From Myxococcota bacterium (GTDB lineage Bacteria; Myxococcota_A; UBA796; GCA-2862545): a stretch of 64,000 bases of DNA. Positions 55,338-64,000 of this stretch are shown here, in pieces; the stretch's first letter is position 1; the number at the start of each line of letters is the position of its first letter. The translations under genes and the position numbers were made by a program. Under the pieces are notes generated by a model. That model did no database searches. It was not told where the DNA came from and saw nothing but the letters and a program-made list of their open reading frames with translations. The stretch lies in assembly GCA_965224055.1 (NCBI GenBank), contig OZ245034.1, positions 8,182,762 to 8,246,761 on the forward strand. The letters run 5' to 3'.

Positions 55338-56159
55338 CTACATGCGCGCTTGCCAGGCGCGTCCGCGACGATTGGTGCGGGACAGCTTCTTGTAGAGCTG
55401 CCCCCGGAAGACCATCACCAGGTGGCTGCACACGAACAGGACGATCGAGACCACGAGGCCGGTGGTTCCTGCAGCCAGCAGGCTGATCCCCATCGGGCCG
55501 AGACCCATGAAGCCGAAGAAGGGGCCGTACAGGCCGGCCATGTAGGCGACCGTGATCCCGAACGCGCCCCCTGCGGCGACGAACTCGGAGCCACTGGCTG
55601 CCAGCGGCGCGGCCATCACGGCGTAGACGACGCTGCCGAGTGCGGCGAAGAGCAAGACGTGGCCGGCCATCCACTCCGGCCAGTTCTCCTGCATGAAGGC
55701 GAGCGACCGCTTGATCGACTCCAGGGACAGCCGGTCGTCCTGGTAGACGACCTCGGGGGCCGGGTTGAACAGCAGGGCGACGATGGGCACGTAGACGAAG
55801 ACGAGCGGCATCGACACGAAGCCCAGCACCAGCTGGAGGATGCCGAACAGGAAGCTGATCGTGATGACCTCGCCGAAGTGGTCGCCCATGGTCTCGCGGA
55901 GGTCGGACATCATCAGCTTGCGGTTCCCGACGACCAGGATGCGCAGCAGCGCCAGGTACCAGGCGCAGAGGAAGGCATCGAACAGCCCGAGGATGAAGCC
56001 GCCCGCGAACCCGAGGGGCAGGACCATCACGGCCAGGATCATCTCGGCGCAGGCCCCGAGCACCAGGAAGAGCAGTGCGACCCCGCTGCGTGGCAGGGTC
56101 TTGCCCGTTGCCACGGCGGCGTCCTTGTACAGCGTCCAGGTGGCCTTGATCAGCGACAT
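55338..56159 (-). CDS. Hypothetical integral membrane protein
   Basis: Six to seven TM helices. Start at the internal ATG (MSLIKATW). No recognised domain. Confidence 0.55.
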   Translation of the reverse strand: MSLIKATWTLYKDAAVATGKTLPRSGVALLFLVLGACAEMILAVMVLPLGFAGGFILGLFDAFLCAWYLALLRILVVGNRKLMMSDLRETMGDHFGEVITISFLFGILQLVLGFVSMPLVFVYVPIVALLFNPAPEVVYQDDRLSLESIKRSLAFMQENWPEWMAGHVLLFAALGSVVYAVMAAPLAASGSEFVAAGGAFGITVAYMAGLYGPFFGFMGLGPMGISLLAAGTTGLVVSIVLFVCSHLVMVFRGQLYKKLSRTNRRGRAWQARM

Positions 56160-56233
56160 GTCCTCGGCGTAACACCACGTTCGGCGGGCTGGTGGGATAG
56201 GGCTACGGACGGCGAACGAGAAGAGGAGGTCGG

Positions 56234-56812
56234 ATGCTGTGGATGGTGGCGATGATGACGACAGCCGCACCTGCCGCCGTCCCCGACGCTCCCCCCGAGC
56301 CCGTGGTGCTCACCGAGCAGGAGCAGAAGCAGCTCGGCAAAGGCAAGATCCCCGTCCGCTTCGACGACAGCGGCACCGGAGGCGGCGTCCTGGGCGTGAT
56401 CGACATCGCCGCACCTCCGGACGACGTGTGGGCCGCCGTGATGGACGTGAAGGCGCGGGTGGGCGAGATCAGCGGGCTCAAAGAGGCCAACATCTACACC
56501 GACACGCCCACGAAGAAGGGCGTTCAATGGGTGCTCTCGGTCATCGGGACCCGCGTGCAGTTCAACGTGCTGTACGACCTCGACGAGAGCAAGCGGTGGT
56601 GTCGCTACCGCCTCGATACCTCCAAGGAGAACGACCTGGTCGACGTCCAGGGCGCCTACCAGATCTACGAAGTCGACGGGAAATCCCGGCTCATCTACCG
56701 ATCCGAGACCGACAGCGGCCGGAGCGTTCCGGGGTTCATCAAGCGATGGCTCGCCAGCGATTCCCTCACCGAGCAGCTGGAGGGGATCGCCGCACGCGCC
56801 ACTCAGAAGTGA
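56234..56812 (+). CDS. SRPBCC (START/Bet v1-like, polyketide-cyclase fold) domain protein
   Basis: Pattern VIDIAAPPDDVWAAVMD...W....Y.L typical of the SRPBCC ligand-binding fold. A hairpin (GCCCGC-ccgt-GCGGGC) follows the stop. Confidence 0.55.
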   Translation: MLWMVAMMTTAAPAAVPDAPPEPVVLTEQEQKQLGKGKIPVRFDDSGTGGGVLGVIDIAAPPDDVWAAVMDVKARVGEISGLKEANIYTDTPTKKGVQWVLSVIGTRVQFNVLYDLDESKRWCRYRLDTSKENDLVDVQGAYQIYEVDGKSRLIYRSETDSGRSVPGFIKRWLASDSLTEQLEGIAARATQK

Positions 56813-56894
56813 GGGTGCTGCGAGGCTCTGACCGACCCAGAGCGCTGAGACGCCCGCCCGTGCGGGCTCGCTGGTATACTGCCGCTCCGGAGGC

Positions 56895-58403
56895 GTGGTG
56901 AAGCGGGCGGCAGGTCCATTCGAGATCCTGGAGATCCTGGGAGAAGGGTCGTTTGGAACGGTGTGCGTCGCGCGCGTGTCCACAGACCCCCTGCGACGCC
57001 GCGTGGCTCTGAAGATCCTCAAGGGCGCCTACGCCACCAACAAGAAGATCCTCAACCGGACGCGGGACGAAGCCCGGCTGCTGTCGCGCATCAACCACCC
57101 GAACATCGTGCGCGTCGAGCGCTTGATGGAGGTCGGAGGTCGGCCGGTCGTCGTGATGGAGCACGTGCAGGGTGTGTCGCTCGATGCGCTGCTGCTCCGG
57201 TTCAAGGATGGGTTGCCCGCAGCCGTCGCCATCGAGGTCACCCGCGAGACCTTCCTCGCGCTCCACGTCGCCTACCAGAAGGCGCTCGGCGAAGATGGCC
57301 GGCCGCTGCGCGTCATCCACCGCGACATCAAGCCGTCCAACATCATGCTGTCGGTGCACGGCGAGGTGAAGGTCCTCGACTTCGGGATCGCCAAAGGGGA
57401 GTTCGAAGGCCGAGAAGCCGAGACAGAGTCGGTCGTCATGGGGTCGCGCCCGTACATGGCTCCGGAACGCCTGGACGGCGTGAGCGACTCGCCCAGCGTC
57501 GACGTCTACAGCACCGGCATGAGCCTGTTCGAGCTGCTCACCGGCCGCACCATGAGCCTGTCGATCAACCCGGTGAACCACGACACCGCGATGAATCGGC
57601 AGCTGGGCTACATCCAGATCCAGGGCATGAGCGACGCCGCGGTCGAAGACCTCCGCAACCTCATCCGGCGGATGTGCGCCTACACCCGTGAATACCGGCC
57701 CAGTGCCGTCGAGTGCGCCCGCGACCTCGAGCAGCTGCTCTACGCCATCGACCCGCAGTACCGCATCGGGCTCGAGGAGTTCGCGCGCACCACGGTCCTG
57801 CCGATCTACGAGTCCCGGCCGCGCACGGCCCCCGAAGAAGCCATGCAGGGCGAGGGCGACGACGCGTTCCTGCGCGAGGTCACGGGCCAGGTCACCAACC
57901 CCAACCAGGTCACCCGACCCAGCCCCGTTCCCGCGAACATGGCGCGCTACACGCCGTACCTGTTCGTCGGTGCGCTGGGCTTCCTGGTCGTGCTGCTGCT
58001 GGGCCTGGTGATGCTCAAGCTGTTCTCCGACTCGGGCACCACCACCACCGCGGGTCAACCCCAGAACAGCAGCACCGTCCAGGTCTCGGTCTGGATTCCG
58101 AGCGATGCCCAGGCTCAGCTCGGCGACCACCTGGTCCGCCAGCCCGGCCGCTACGACATCGAGCCCGGCCTGCACCTGATGCAGGTGTTCTTCAAGGATC
58201 GGCAGCTCAACTGCACCTTCACCGCCGAGCCCGAAATGGCCGTGCGCTACGTCCACGACGCCGGCGACGAAGGGTTGTCGCTCAACGACGGCCCGATGCA
58301 GAAGTGCACGCCCGTCAACAGCTCGCGCAGCCCCGAGCCCGAGCCCGCCACACCCGAGAAGGAACCCATCCCCGAGCCCGGCAACGACGCCGCTCCCGGC
58401 TGA
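56895..58403 (+). CDS. Transmembrane Ser/Thr protein kinase
   Basis: GEGSFGTV, ALKIL, HRDIKPSNIML, DFGIA and APE motifs. One TM helix (YLFVGALGFLVVLLLGLVML) and an extracytoplasmic C-terminal domain. GTG start with RBS GGAGG. TGGTATACT extended -10 motif about 20 nt upstream. Confidence 0.85.
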   Translation: MVKRAAGPFEILEILGEGSFGTVCVARVSTDPLRRRVALKILKGAYATNKKILNRTRDEARLLSRINHPNIVRVERLMEVGGRPVVVMEHVQGVSLDALLLRFKDGLPAAVAIEVTRETFLALHVAYQKALGEDGRPLRVIHRDIKPSNIMLSVHGEVKVLDFGIAKGEFEGREAETESVVMGSRPYMAPERLDGVSDSPSVDVYSTGMSLFELLTGRTMSLSINPVNHDTAMNRQLGYIQIQGMSDAAVEDLRNLIRRMCAYTREYRPSAVECARDLEQLLYAIDPQYRIGLEEFARTTVLPIYESRPRTAPEEAMQGEGDDAFLREVTGQVTNPNQVTRPSPVPANMARYTPYLFVGALGFLVVLLLGLVMLKLFSDSGTTTTAGQPQNSSTVQVSVWIPSDAQAQLGDHLVRQPGRYDIEPGLHLMQVFFKDRQLNCTFTAEPEMAVRYVHDAGDEGLSLNDGPMQKCTPVNSSRSPEPEPATPEKEPIPEPGNDAAPG

Positions 58404-58466
58404 GTCCAAGAGACCTGCCCGATCAGATGGGTATTCGAGGCGCTGGCGGTGTAGAGCTTCGCCAGC

Positions 58467-60311
58467 ATGCCTCCTCGCTCCCGCTCCCTGCAGAAGAAGT
58501 CCGACGTCGGTTGGTTCCGGCGCTCCCTCGGCGTGTTCGCCTACACCCGCCGCGCCATCGAGCTCGTCTGGCAGACCAGCAAGCCGCTGACCGTCGCCAT
58601 GTTCGGCCTCACGATCCTGGCCGGTCTCGTGCCCGCCGCCATCGCGTGGGTCGGCAAAGGGCTCGTCGACGCCGTGGTCGCAGCAGGCGAAGCCAACGGA
58701 GAGCCCGCGCTGGTGCGGGTCGCGCTGTACTGGGTCGCCGCCGAGGCCGTGCTGGTCGTGCTCCTCGCGGGGTTGCAGCGCGGCATCTCGATCAGCAACG
58801 CCCTGCTTCGTGCCCGCCTCGGACACCGGGTGAACGTCCTGATCCTCGAGAAGGCCCTCGAGCTCGATCTGGTGCACTTCGAGGACGCCGCGCTCTACGA
58901 CCGGATGACCCAGGCGCGCCGGGAGGCCAGCTCTCGGCCACTGGCCCTGGTCCGGAAGAGCTTCGGGTTGTTCCAGAACGGCATCAGCCTGGTCACCTAC
59001 GGGGCGCTGTTGATCTCGTTCAGCCCGTTCGCGGTCCTGGCCCTCGCAGTGGCGGCCCTGCCCGCGTTCATCGCCGAGACCCGCTTCGCAGGCGAGGCGT
59101 TCCGGCTGTTCAAGTGGCGCACCCCCGAGAAGCGCAAGCAGGCCTACCTCGAGGTGGTGGTCGCTCGGGAAGACTACGCGAAGGAGGTCAAGCTCCTGGA
59201 GCTCGGGCCCCGGCTGGTGGCGGAGTACCGCTCGATCTTCGAGAACCTCTACGGCGAGGACCGCAACCTGACCCTGCGTCGCGGGGGCTGGGGGCTGGTG
59301 CTCGGGACCCTGTCGACCGCCGCGCTGTACGGCGCCTACGGCTTCATCGCGTTCTCGGCCGCACTCGGGCGCATCACGCTCGGCCAGATGACGATGTACC
59401 TGCTCGTCTTCAAGCAGGGCCAGTCGGCATTCTCGGCCATTCTGCAGTCGATCGGGGGCATGTACGAGGACAACCTCTACGTGGCGAACCTCTACGAGTT
59501 CCTGGACGAGCCCATCCACACCGCCGGCGGCACCCGGACCGAAGGTCCCGACCCCAGCGACGGACTGCGCGTCGAGGGCGTCTCGTTCACCTACCCGGAT
59601 GCTGAGAGCCCGGCCCTGACGGACGTTTCGCTGCACGTACCCCCGGGACGCAAGCTGGCGCTGGTGGGCCACAACGGCAGCGGCAAGACCACCCTGATCA
59701 AGCTGATCACCCGGCTGTACACCCCGGATGCCGGCCGGATCCTGCTCGATGGTCTCGACCTCGCTGAGTGGGAACCCAAGGCGCTGCGACGGCGGATCGG
59801 CGTCGTGTTCCAGGACTTCGTGCGCTACCAGTTCACGGTCGGCGAGAACATCGGGGTGGGGGACGTCGAGGCGATCGACGACCTGGACCGCCAGCAGCAC
59901 GCCGCCGAGCGCGGCATGGCCTGGGAGTTCATCGAGCCCATGGAAGACCAGCTCACCACCCAGCTCGGTCGGTGGTTCCCGAACGGGCGCGAGCTGTCGG
60001 GCGGGCAGTGGCAGAAGATCGCGCTGTCGCGGGCGTTCATGCGCAACGAGGCCGGCGTGCTGGTGTTCGACGAGCCCACGAGCGCCATGGACGCCGAAGC
60101 CGAAGCCGAGATCTTCGAGCGCGTCAAACAGATGGCGGACGACCAGATGGCGCTGCTGATCTCCCACCGGTTCAGCACCGTTCGGATGGCCGACGACATC
60201 GTGGTGCTCGACGGCGGCGAGGTGGTGGAGGCCGGCGACCACGAGGCGCTCATGGACCTCGACGGGCAGTACGCCCACCTGTTCCGCCTCCAGGCCGCCG
60301 GATACCGATAG
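58467..60311 (+). CDS. ABC transporter, fused permease/ATP-binding exporter (MsbA-like)
   Basis: Six-TM N-terminal domain. Walker A GHNGSGKTTL, signature LSGGQWQKIALSRA, Walker B VLVFDEPTSAMD and H-loop. Confidence 0.9.
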   Translation: MPPRSRSLQKKSDVGWFRRSLGVFAYTRRAIELVWQTSKPLTVAMFGLTILAGLVPAAIAWVGKGLVDAVVAAGEANGEPALVRVALYWVAAEAVLVVLLAGLQRGISISNALLRARLGHRVNVLILEKALELDLVHFEDAALYDRMTQARREASSRPLALVRKSFGLFQNGISLVTYGALLISFSPFAVLALAVAALPAFIAETRFAGEAFRLFKWRTPEKRKQAYLEVVVAREDYAKEVKLLELGPRLVAEYRSIFENLYGEDRNLTLRRGGWGLVLGTLSTAALYGAYGFIAFSAALGRITLGQMTMYLLVFKQGQSAFSAILQSIGGMYEDNLYVANLYEFLDEPIHTAGGTRTEGPDPSDGLRVEGVSFTYPDAESPALTDVSLHVPPGRKLALVGHNGSGKTTLIKLITRLYTPDAGRILLDGLDLAEWEPKALRRRIGVVFQDFVRYQFTVGENIGVGDVEAIDDLDRQQHAAERGMAWEFIEPMEDQLTTQLGRWFPNGRELSGGQWQKIALSRAFMRNEAGVLVFDEPTSAMDAEAEAEIFERVKQMADDQMALLISHRFSTVRMADDIVVLDGGEVVEAGDHEALMDLDGQYAHLFRLQAAGYR

Positions 60312-60345
60312 GGAGGGACGCGAATAGTCCTGGACCCTCTGTCGT

Positions 60346-61875
60346 ATGGACGTCGAGGTTCTCTTGATCGCACTTCTCTCCATCCTGCCGTTTCTCGCCA
60401 GCGCCTCCGCGCAGGAAGCCCCGGACGCCGTCCCCACAGACGAAGGCTCCGAAACCCCTGTCGACACGGAGGATTCGGAGTCCGAGGCCGAAGAACCGCC
60501 CGACGAGCCGGCTCCGGAACCCGACCCGCCGCCTACGTTCGAGATCCCCCCGCTCGAGGCCCCGCTCCCCAGCGCGACGCGCACGGTGAAGGACCTCGAG
60601 GCCATCACCTCCGACCCCGAAGAGCTCGAGCGGCTGATGGAGGAAGCCGGCTTCGACCCCGACGAGTTCGGGGTGGGATCGCTGATCCGCGGTCGCTGGT
60701 ACGTCCGACCCCGCTTCAGCGTGACGAGCCTCTTCCGTCCCGACGAGGGCGGGAGTGGCGTGCGGATGGGCTTCTCGGCGGGTCGGCGCTTCTGGACCCT
60801 CGAGGACCTGCCGGTCCAGCTCGCGGCCGACATCTCGCTGCACGGCACCGCTCCGATCGGCGCGGCGAACGGTCGGCGGCTCGGGGCCAACGCCGCCATC
60901 GGGCCCTGGCTCGGACCCGCGCGGATCCAGCTCGAGGTCGGGGGCCGCTGGGAACGCGAGCGGTGGATCGCCAAGCAGTACGAGCTGCAGGACGCCGGGT
61001 TCGTCACCTTCGGCACCCTGGTGGCCTTCGACTTCCGTCGGATCCAGGTCAACGTCGGGTTCACCCCGGCCTTCCTCGTCGCCGGCAATCGAGCCCGCGC
61101 GACGTCCGGCGATCCCGTGTTCCCCGTCATCGGCACCGAGACCGAGTGGCGGGCCGGTCTGGGCGTGCCGATCAACCCGTTCGGCCTGGCGTTCGACGTC
61201 ACCTGGCGCGACACCGCCATCGGCGGCATCCTGGACGTCGGCCTCAACATCCAGTTCACCCCCGTCGTCGCGGCTCCGGGAAACGCGACACCTCCAGCCA
61301 GGATGGCCCGTCATGACCGTGCTCTTCGCCCTGTCCGCCTTCGTTCCGTCCGCCTGGGCCGACCCTCCCGAGGGGGTGGATCGCGACGACCTCGAGCGCT
61401 GGGAAGCGATGTCGAAGGACGCCATCGACGGTCCGGACGGCTGCTGGGACCTGTCGGGGAACCTGCTCGTGGCAGGGGGATTGCTGTCGAAAGCGTCGTT
61501 CTGGCGGCGCACCAGCGAGACCCCCTACGAATACGAGGGCACCTGGAACGGGCGCCTCGAAGACGGCACCTGGACCGCGTTCCGCTACTCGGTCACCGAC
61601 CAGGTCGTACAGGACGGAGAACCCGTCGACGTGCCGATCTACCCGGTGGTGGGCGAGATCGACGCGAGCATCGTGGTGAACGACAGTCCCGAGCCCGAAG
61701 ACCCCAAGGGCGGCTCGGTGACGGTGAACGACGAGCACGGCGGCTCGCCGACCAGCTTGCTGCGCCGGAGCATCGAGGGCTGGGACACCAGCACCGCTTA
61801 CGCCTACTCCCGGTGGAACGAGGAGACCCGCTCGATCGAGCTCGTGCAGGAGACGCCGATCACCGACAGCGCTAA
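60346..61875 (+). CDS. Outer-membrane beta-barrel-like secreted protein; 3' end uncertain
   Basis: Signal peptide, acidic Pro-rich linker, then alternating-hydrophobic strands ending ...GILDVGLNIQF (OMP-like terminal Phe) at about 61262. The frame has no stop until 61875, and that extension is Arg-rich junk overlapping the next gene. Confidence 0.45.
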   Translation: MDVEVLLIALLSILPFLASASAQEAPDAVPTDEGSETPVDTEDSESEAEEPPDEPAPEPDPPPTFEIPPLEAPLPSATRTVKDLEAITSDPEELERLMEEAGFDPDEFGVGSLIRGRWYVRPRFSVTSLFRPDEGGSGVRMGFSAGRRFWTLEDLPVQLAADISLHGTAPIGAANGRRLGANAAIGPWLGPARIQLEVGGRWERERWIAKQYELQDAGFVTFGTLVAFDFRRIQVNVGFTPAFLVAGNRARATSGDPVFPVIGTETEWRAGLGVPINPFGLAFDVTWRDTAIGGILDVGLNIQFTPVVAAPGNATPPARMARHDRALRPVRLRSVRLGRPSRGGGSRRPRALGSDVEGRHRRSGRLLGPVGEPARGRGIAVESVVLAAHQRDPLRIRGHLERAPRRRHLDRVPLLGHRPGRTGRRTRRRADLPGGGRDRREHRGERQSRARRPQGRLGDGERRARRLADQLAAPEHRGLGHQHRLRLLPVERGDPLDRARAGDADHRQR

Positions 61876-62227
61876 CGCCCCCACCATCGACGTCACGTCC
61901 TACATGCCCGAGGGCCAGTGGGTCAGCCGGGTGTCCGTGATGTTCCCGCGCAAGCTCGTGCTGGGAGAGTGGCCGCTGAAGCTGCGCCTGCACGACACCC
62001 AGTTCCACCTCGTTCAGCAGCAGGTGGGCGACCAGGTGTTCCCCAGCGCCGAGAACATCTCCACGGTCGGGACCGCGCTCGGGTTCACGGTCTCCTACGA
62101 GCAGCGGCTGGACTACCTGGCGGCGACGCCTTGCGTGTCGGACGCTTCGGAAGAGGGCTCGGAATCGGGCGCGGACGAGAGCACGGAATCAGGCTCGGAA
62201 TCGGGCGGGGACGAGACGTCCGAGTAG
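61313..62227 (+). CDS. Hypothetical secreted protein with acidic Ser/Glu/Gly C-terminal tail
   Basis: ATG with RBS AGGATGG. Signal peptide MTVLFALSAFVPSAWA. High GC3. Tail SEEGSESGADESTESGSESGGDETSE. Confidence 0.55.
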   Translation: MTVLFALSAFVPSAWADPPEGVDRDDLERWEAMSKDAIDGPDGCWDLSGNLLVAGGLLSKASFWRRTSETPYEYEGTWNGRLEDGTWTAFRYSVTDQVVQDGEPVDVPIYPVVGEIDASIVVNDSPEPEDPKGGSVTVNDEHGGSPTSLLRRSIEGWDTSTAYAYSRWNEETRSIELVQETPITDSANAPTIDVTSYMPEGQWVSRVSVMFPRKLVLGEWPLKLRLHDTQFHLVQQQVGDQVFPSAENISTVGTALGFTVSYEQRLDYLAATPCVSDASEEGSESGADESTESGSESGGDETSE

Positions 62228-62277
62228 TGAGGCGTTCAGCGTTTCCTGGGAAGAAGCCGCCTGGATAGGGCCGAGGA

Positions 62278-62445
62278 GGCTACAGGCTGCAGGCTACAGG
62301 CTCCAGGACGTGACGCCAGCGGGTGTCGACAGAGACGCCCTTCCACCGGATAGCAAAGTTGTAACCATGCCTGTCGAGCGCAATCGGGATCGCCGACATG
62401 GCCGTGGTCAGCAGCCCTGAAGCCTGTAGCCCGGAGCCTGAAGCC
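62278..62445. repeat. Inverted-repeat element in a convergent intergenic region: 2x GGCTACAGGCT (62278-62302) and AGCCTGTAGCC/AGCCTGAAGCC inverse copies (62412-62445)
   Basis: 11-mers repeated directly and in inverse orientation about 130 nt apart. Could form a long hairpin (bidirectional terminator or small repeat element). Confidence 0.4.
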
Positions 62446-62470
62446 ACGACGGCAACGCTGACAGGACCCC

Positions 62471-63361
62471 TCAATCGCAGCCGATCGAGCGCGACACCAG
62501 CCGTCCATCCGGGCAGGTCGTCCACAGCGAATCACTGCTCTGCTCCTGCACGCGACGCCTCGGGATCACCACGCTGGACGGGGGATTCGCGACCCAGCGC
62601 TCCAGATCGCCCTGCAGGCCGGCCACTCCGCCCCGGTAGGTCGCGTCGATGGCGTCCAGACCGCTCTGTTTGGTGCCCTTCTCGCGGTACGCGGCGTGGA
62701 TGGCGGCCAGAGTGTCGTGCCCGGCGTCGGACGAGAGCAGGAAGGCGGTGAGCGCCCAGCCGTGGATGTACAGAACGCCGGCCTGGTTGGCGGGCAGGTC
62801 GTTCCAGCTGGACGGATTCAGGACGATGCCCTCGACCGACGGGGCATCGCTGCGGGCCAGGATCTCGACGAACCGGTCTGGCGGATGCACCGTGAGCACG
62901 TTCCCGGACATCCGGCTGTGCTCGAAGGCCTGCGCGAGCCCCTCGTTCATCCACCTCGGTGCGCGCCCGCCCACCCCGAGCAGCCAGTGGGCACCTTCGT
63001 GCAGGAACACCCCGTGCATCTCGGCCAGATCGTCGCCATAGAGCGCGGCTTCGGGACGCATCCGACCGTTCTCGTCCTTCGATGCGCCGAAGAATCCGTC
63101 CGACCAGTCCGGCAGCCCCCGCGCTCGCGCCACTTCTCGAAACGCAGCTTCGTCGCCGTACACCGTCACGCGGATGGTCATCTCGGACGGATAGCGGATG
63201 CCCAGCGTGTGCTCGTAGAAGCCCAAAACCCGACCCAGCGTCTGGCGCAGGCGGGATCGGGTGGTCTGGGGCACCGTGGCCCCCACGGACTCGACCTGGA
63301 CCGTGAGCTCCGCGGCCTGGACCGGGAGCGACAGCAGCAGCGCGAGCAGGCCCCCGGTCAC
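62471..63361 (-). CDS. Secreted HExxH metallopeptidase-like protein (MA-clan-like; DUF1570-type architecture)
   Basis: HEGAHWLL and downstream NEGLAQAFE (HExxH...E). Signal-like N-terminus. Only a GTG start is available, and it overlaps the serpin stop by 2 nt. Confidence 0.55.
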   Translation of the reverse strand: MTGGLLALLLSLPVQAAELTVQVESVGATVPQTTRSRLRQTLGRVLGFYEHTLGIRYPSEMTIRVTVYGDEAAFREVARARGLPDWSDGFFGASKDENGRMRPEAALYGDDLAEMHGVFLHEGAHWLLGVGGRAPRWMNEGLAQAFEHSRMSGNVLTVHPPDRFVEILARSDAPSVEGIVLNPSSWNDLPANQAGVLYIHGWALTAFLLSSDAGHDTLAAIHAAYREKGTKQSGLDAIDATYRGGVAGLQGDLERWVANPPSSVVIPRRRVQEQSSDSLWTTCPDGRLVSRSIGCD

Positions 63362-64000
63362 GATCCAGCGCTGGGATCGACCACGCGGCCCATGAACAGG
63401 GGGGTCTTGGTCTCGGTGTGCCAGATCGTCCACAGGAACGGGCGATCGGCGGTGAAGGCGATGGGCGGCGGCCCCGCGCTGGTGGTGCGCATCACGATGC
63501 CCGTGGCGGCGGCGGCTTCGGTGCCTTCTTCGTCGACCTCGACGAACACCTTCTGGATCGCCTTGCTGATCGCCATCTTCTCGTCCGAGATGTCGCCGAA
63601 GGTGCCGGCGGTGAACGCGGTCTGCAGACCCATGTCCTTCAGGACGGGAACGAGGTCGTAGGTGGTCTCGGCCTTCCACTTCGGCAGGGCGACGTCGACC
63701 GTGCGGCGACCCGACATCGTGGCGCGGTGCAGCTGCTTGTCCTCGAGCTTGGACTCCACGTCGGCCAGCGACACGCCTTCGTCGGGCAGGGTGATGATCA
63801 TGTAGGCCCCGCGGTCGGCGTAGGGCAGCCCGATGGCGGTGTAGCCCTCGCCGTCCACGTACGACAGGCCTTCGCGGCGGCCGGCCATCATCGGGACCTG
63901 GACCTCGCCCGACGGGGCCTGGAACGCGGATTCGCGGGTGTTGTCCTCGTCGAACGGCTCGGCCCACTTGCCCTTGAACGCGATGGCGTTGGTCAGCACC
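63358..64000 (-). CDS. Serpin (serine protease inhibitor), C-terminal part; gene continues beyond the window end
   Basis: Serpin signature C-terminus FTADRPFLWTIWHTETKTPLFMGRVVDP. Reactive-centre-loop hinge GTEAAAATG and beta-sheet segments. Confidence 0.8.
   Translation of the reverse strand, partial: VLTNAIAFKGKWAEPFDEDNTRESAFQAPSGEVQVPMMAGRREGLSYVDGEGYTAIGLPYADRGAYMIITLPDEGVSLADVESKLEDKQLHRATMSGRRTVDVALPKWKAETTYDLVPVLKDMGLQTAFTAGTFGDISDEKMAISKAIQKVFVEVDEEGTEAAAATGIVMRTTSAGPPPIAFTADRPFLWTIWHTETKTPLFMGRVVDPSAGS

Noticed and set aside
1-64000. CRISPR arrays, transposases/integrases, phage genes, toxin-antitoxin pairs, reverse transcriptases
   Set aside because: I looked for short regularly spaced repeats, DDE/tyrosine-recombinase signatures and RT motifs and found none. 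The only repeats are the ones reported above (two to three copies, irregular spacing).

Overview
This 64 kb window is about 70% GC and is densely coding on both strands. I find roughly 55 protein-coding genes, three Hanks-type Ser/Thr kinases and many secreted proteins and lipoproteins, but no rRNA, tRNA, CRISPR array, transposase or integrase. The subtilase (34415-36010) and the GH18 hydrolase (53538-55325) carry MYXO-CTERM-like C-terminal tags (GCG[C]...hydrophobic...RR), which points to a Myxococcota chromosome. Housekeeping anchors are gshB, gpsA, aspS, selB plus a ferredoxin, an ECF sigma/anti-sigma pair, crcB and a PspA homologue. Several very long ORFs in the six-frame track are read-through artifacts of the high GC content, so I trimmed them to internal starts using signal peptides, RBS and homology. 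Non-CDS coordinates were read by hand from the sequence and are approximate to within 1-2 nt. The most unusual content: (1) a translationally coupled pair of HAL-family ammonia-lyase homologues at 40554-43695, one with an Ser-Ser-Gly motif where HAL has Ala-Ser-Gly and the other lacking both the MIO triad and the catalytic Tyr motif, divergent from a SAM methyltransferase; (2) a tandem triplication of a Cys-rich lipoprotein family of unknown function at 27518-30400, two copies with damaged 5' ends; (3) a thioredoxin-octaheme cytochrome c fusion at 44498-45922 coupled to two paralogous ~900-1040 aa GT-C-like membrane proteins; (4) an apparent aspS / HD-only (p)ppGpp-hydrolase-like / 1338-aa Ser/Thr kinase operon; (5) a 500-nt non-coding gap next to the selB-ferredoxin operon with degenerate direct repeats, a 17-bp-stem hairpin and an AT-rich palindrome. 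All functional calls are inferred from motifs I recognised by eye; no database search was run.
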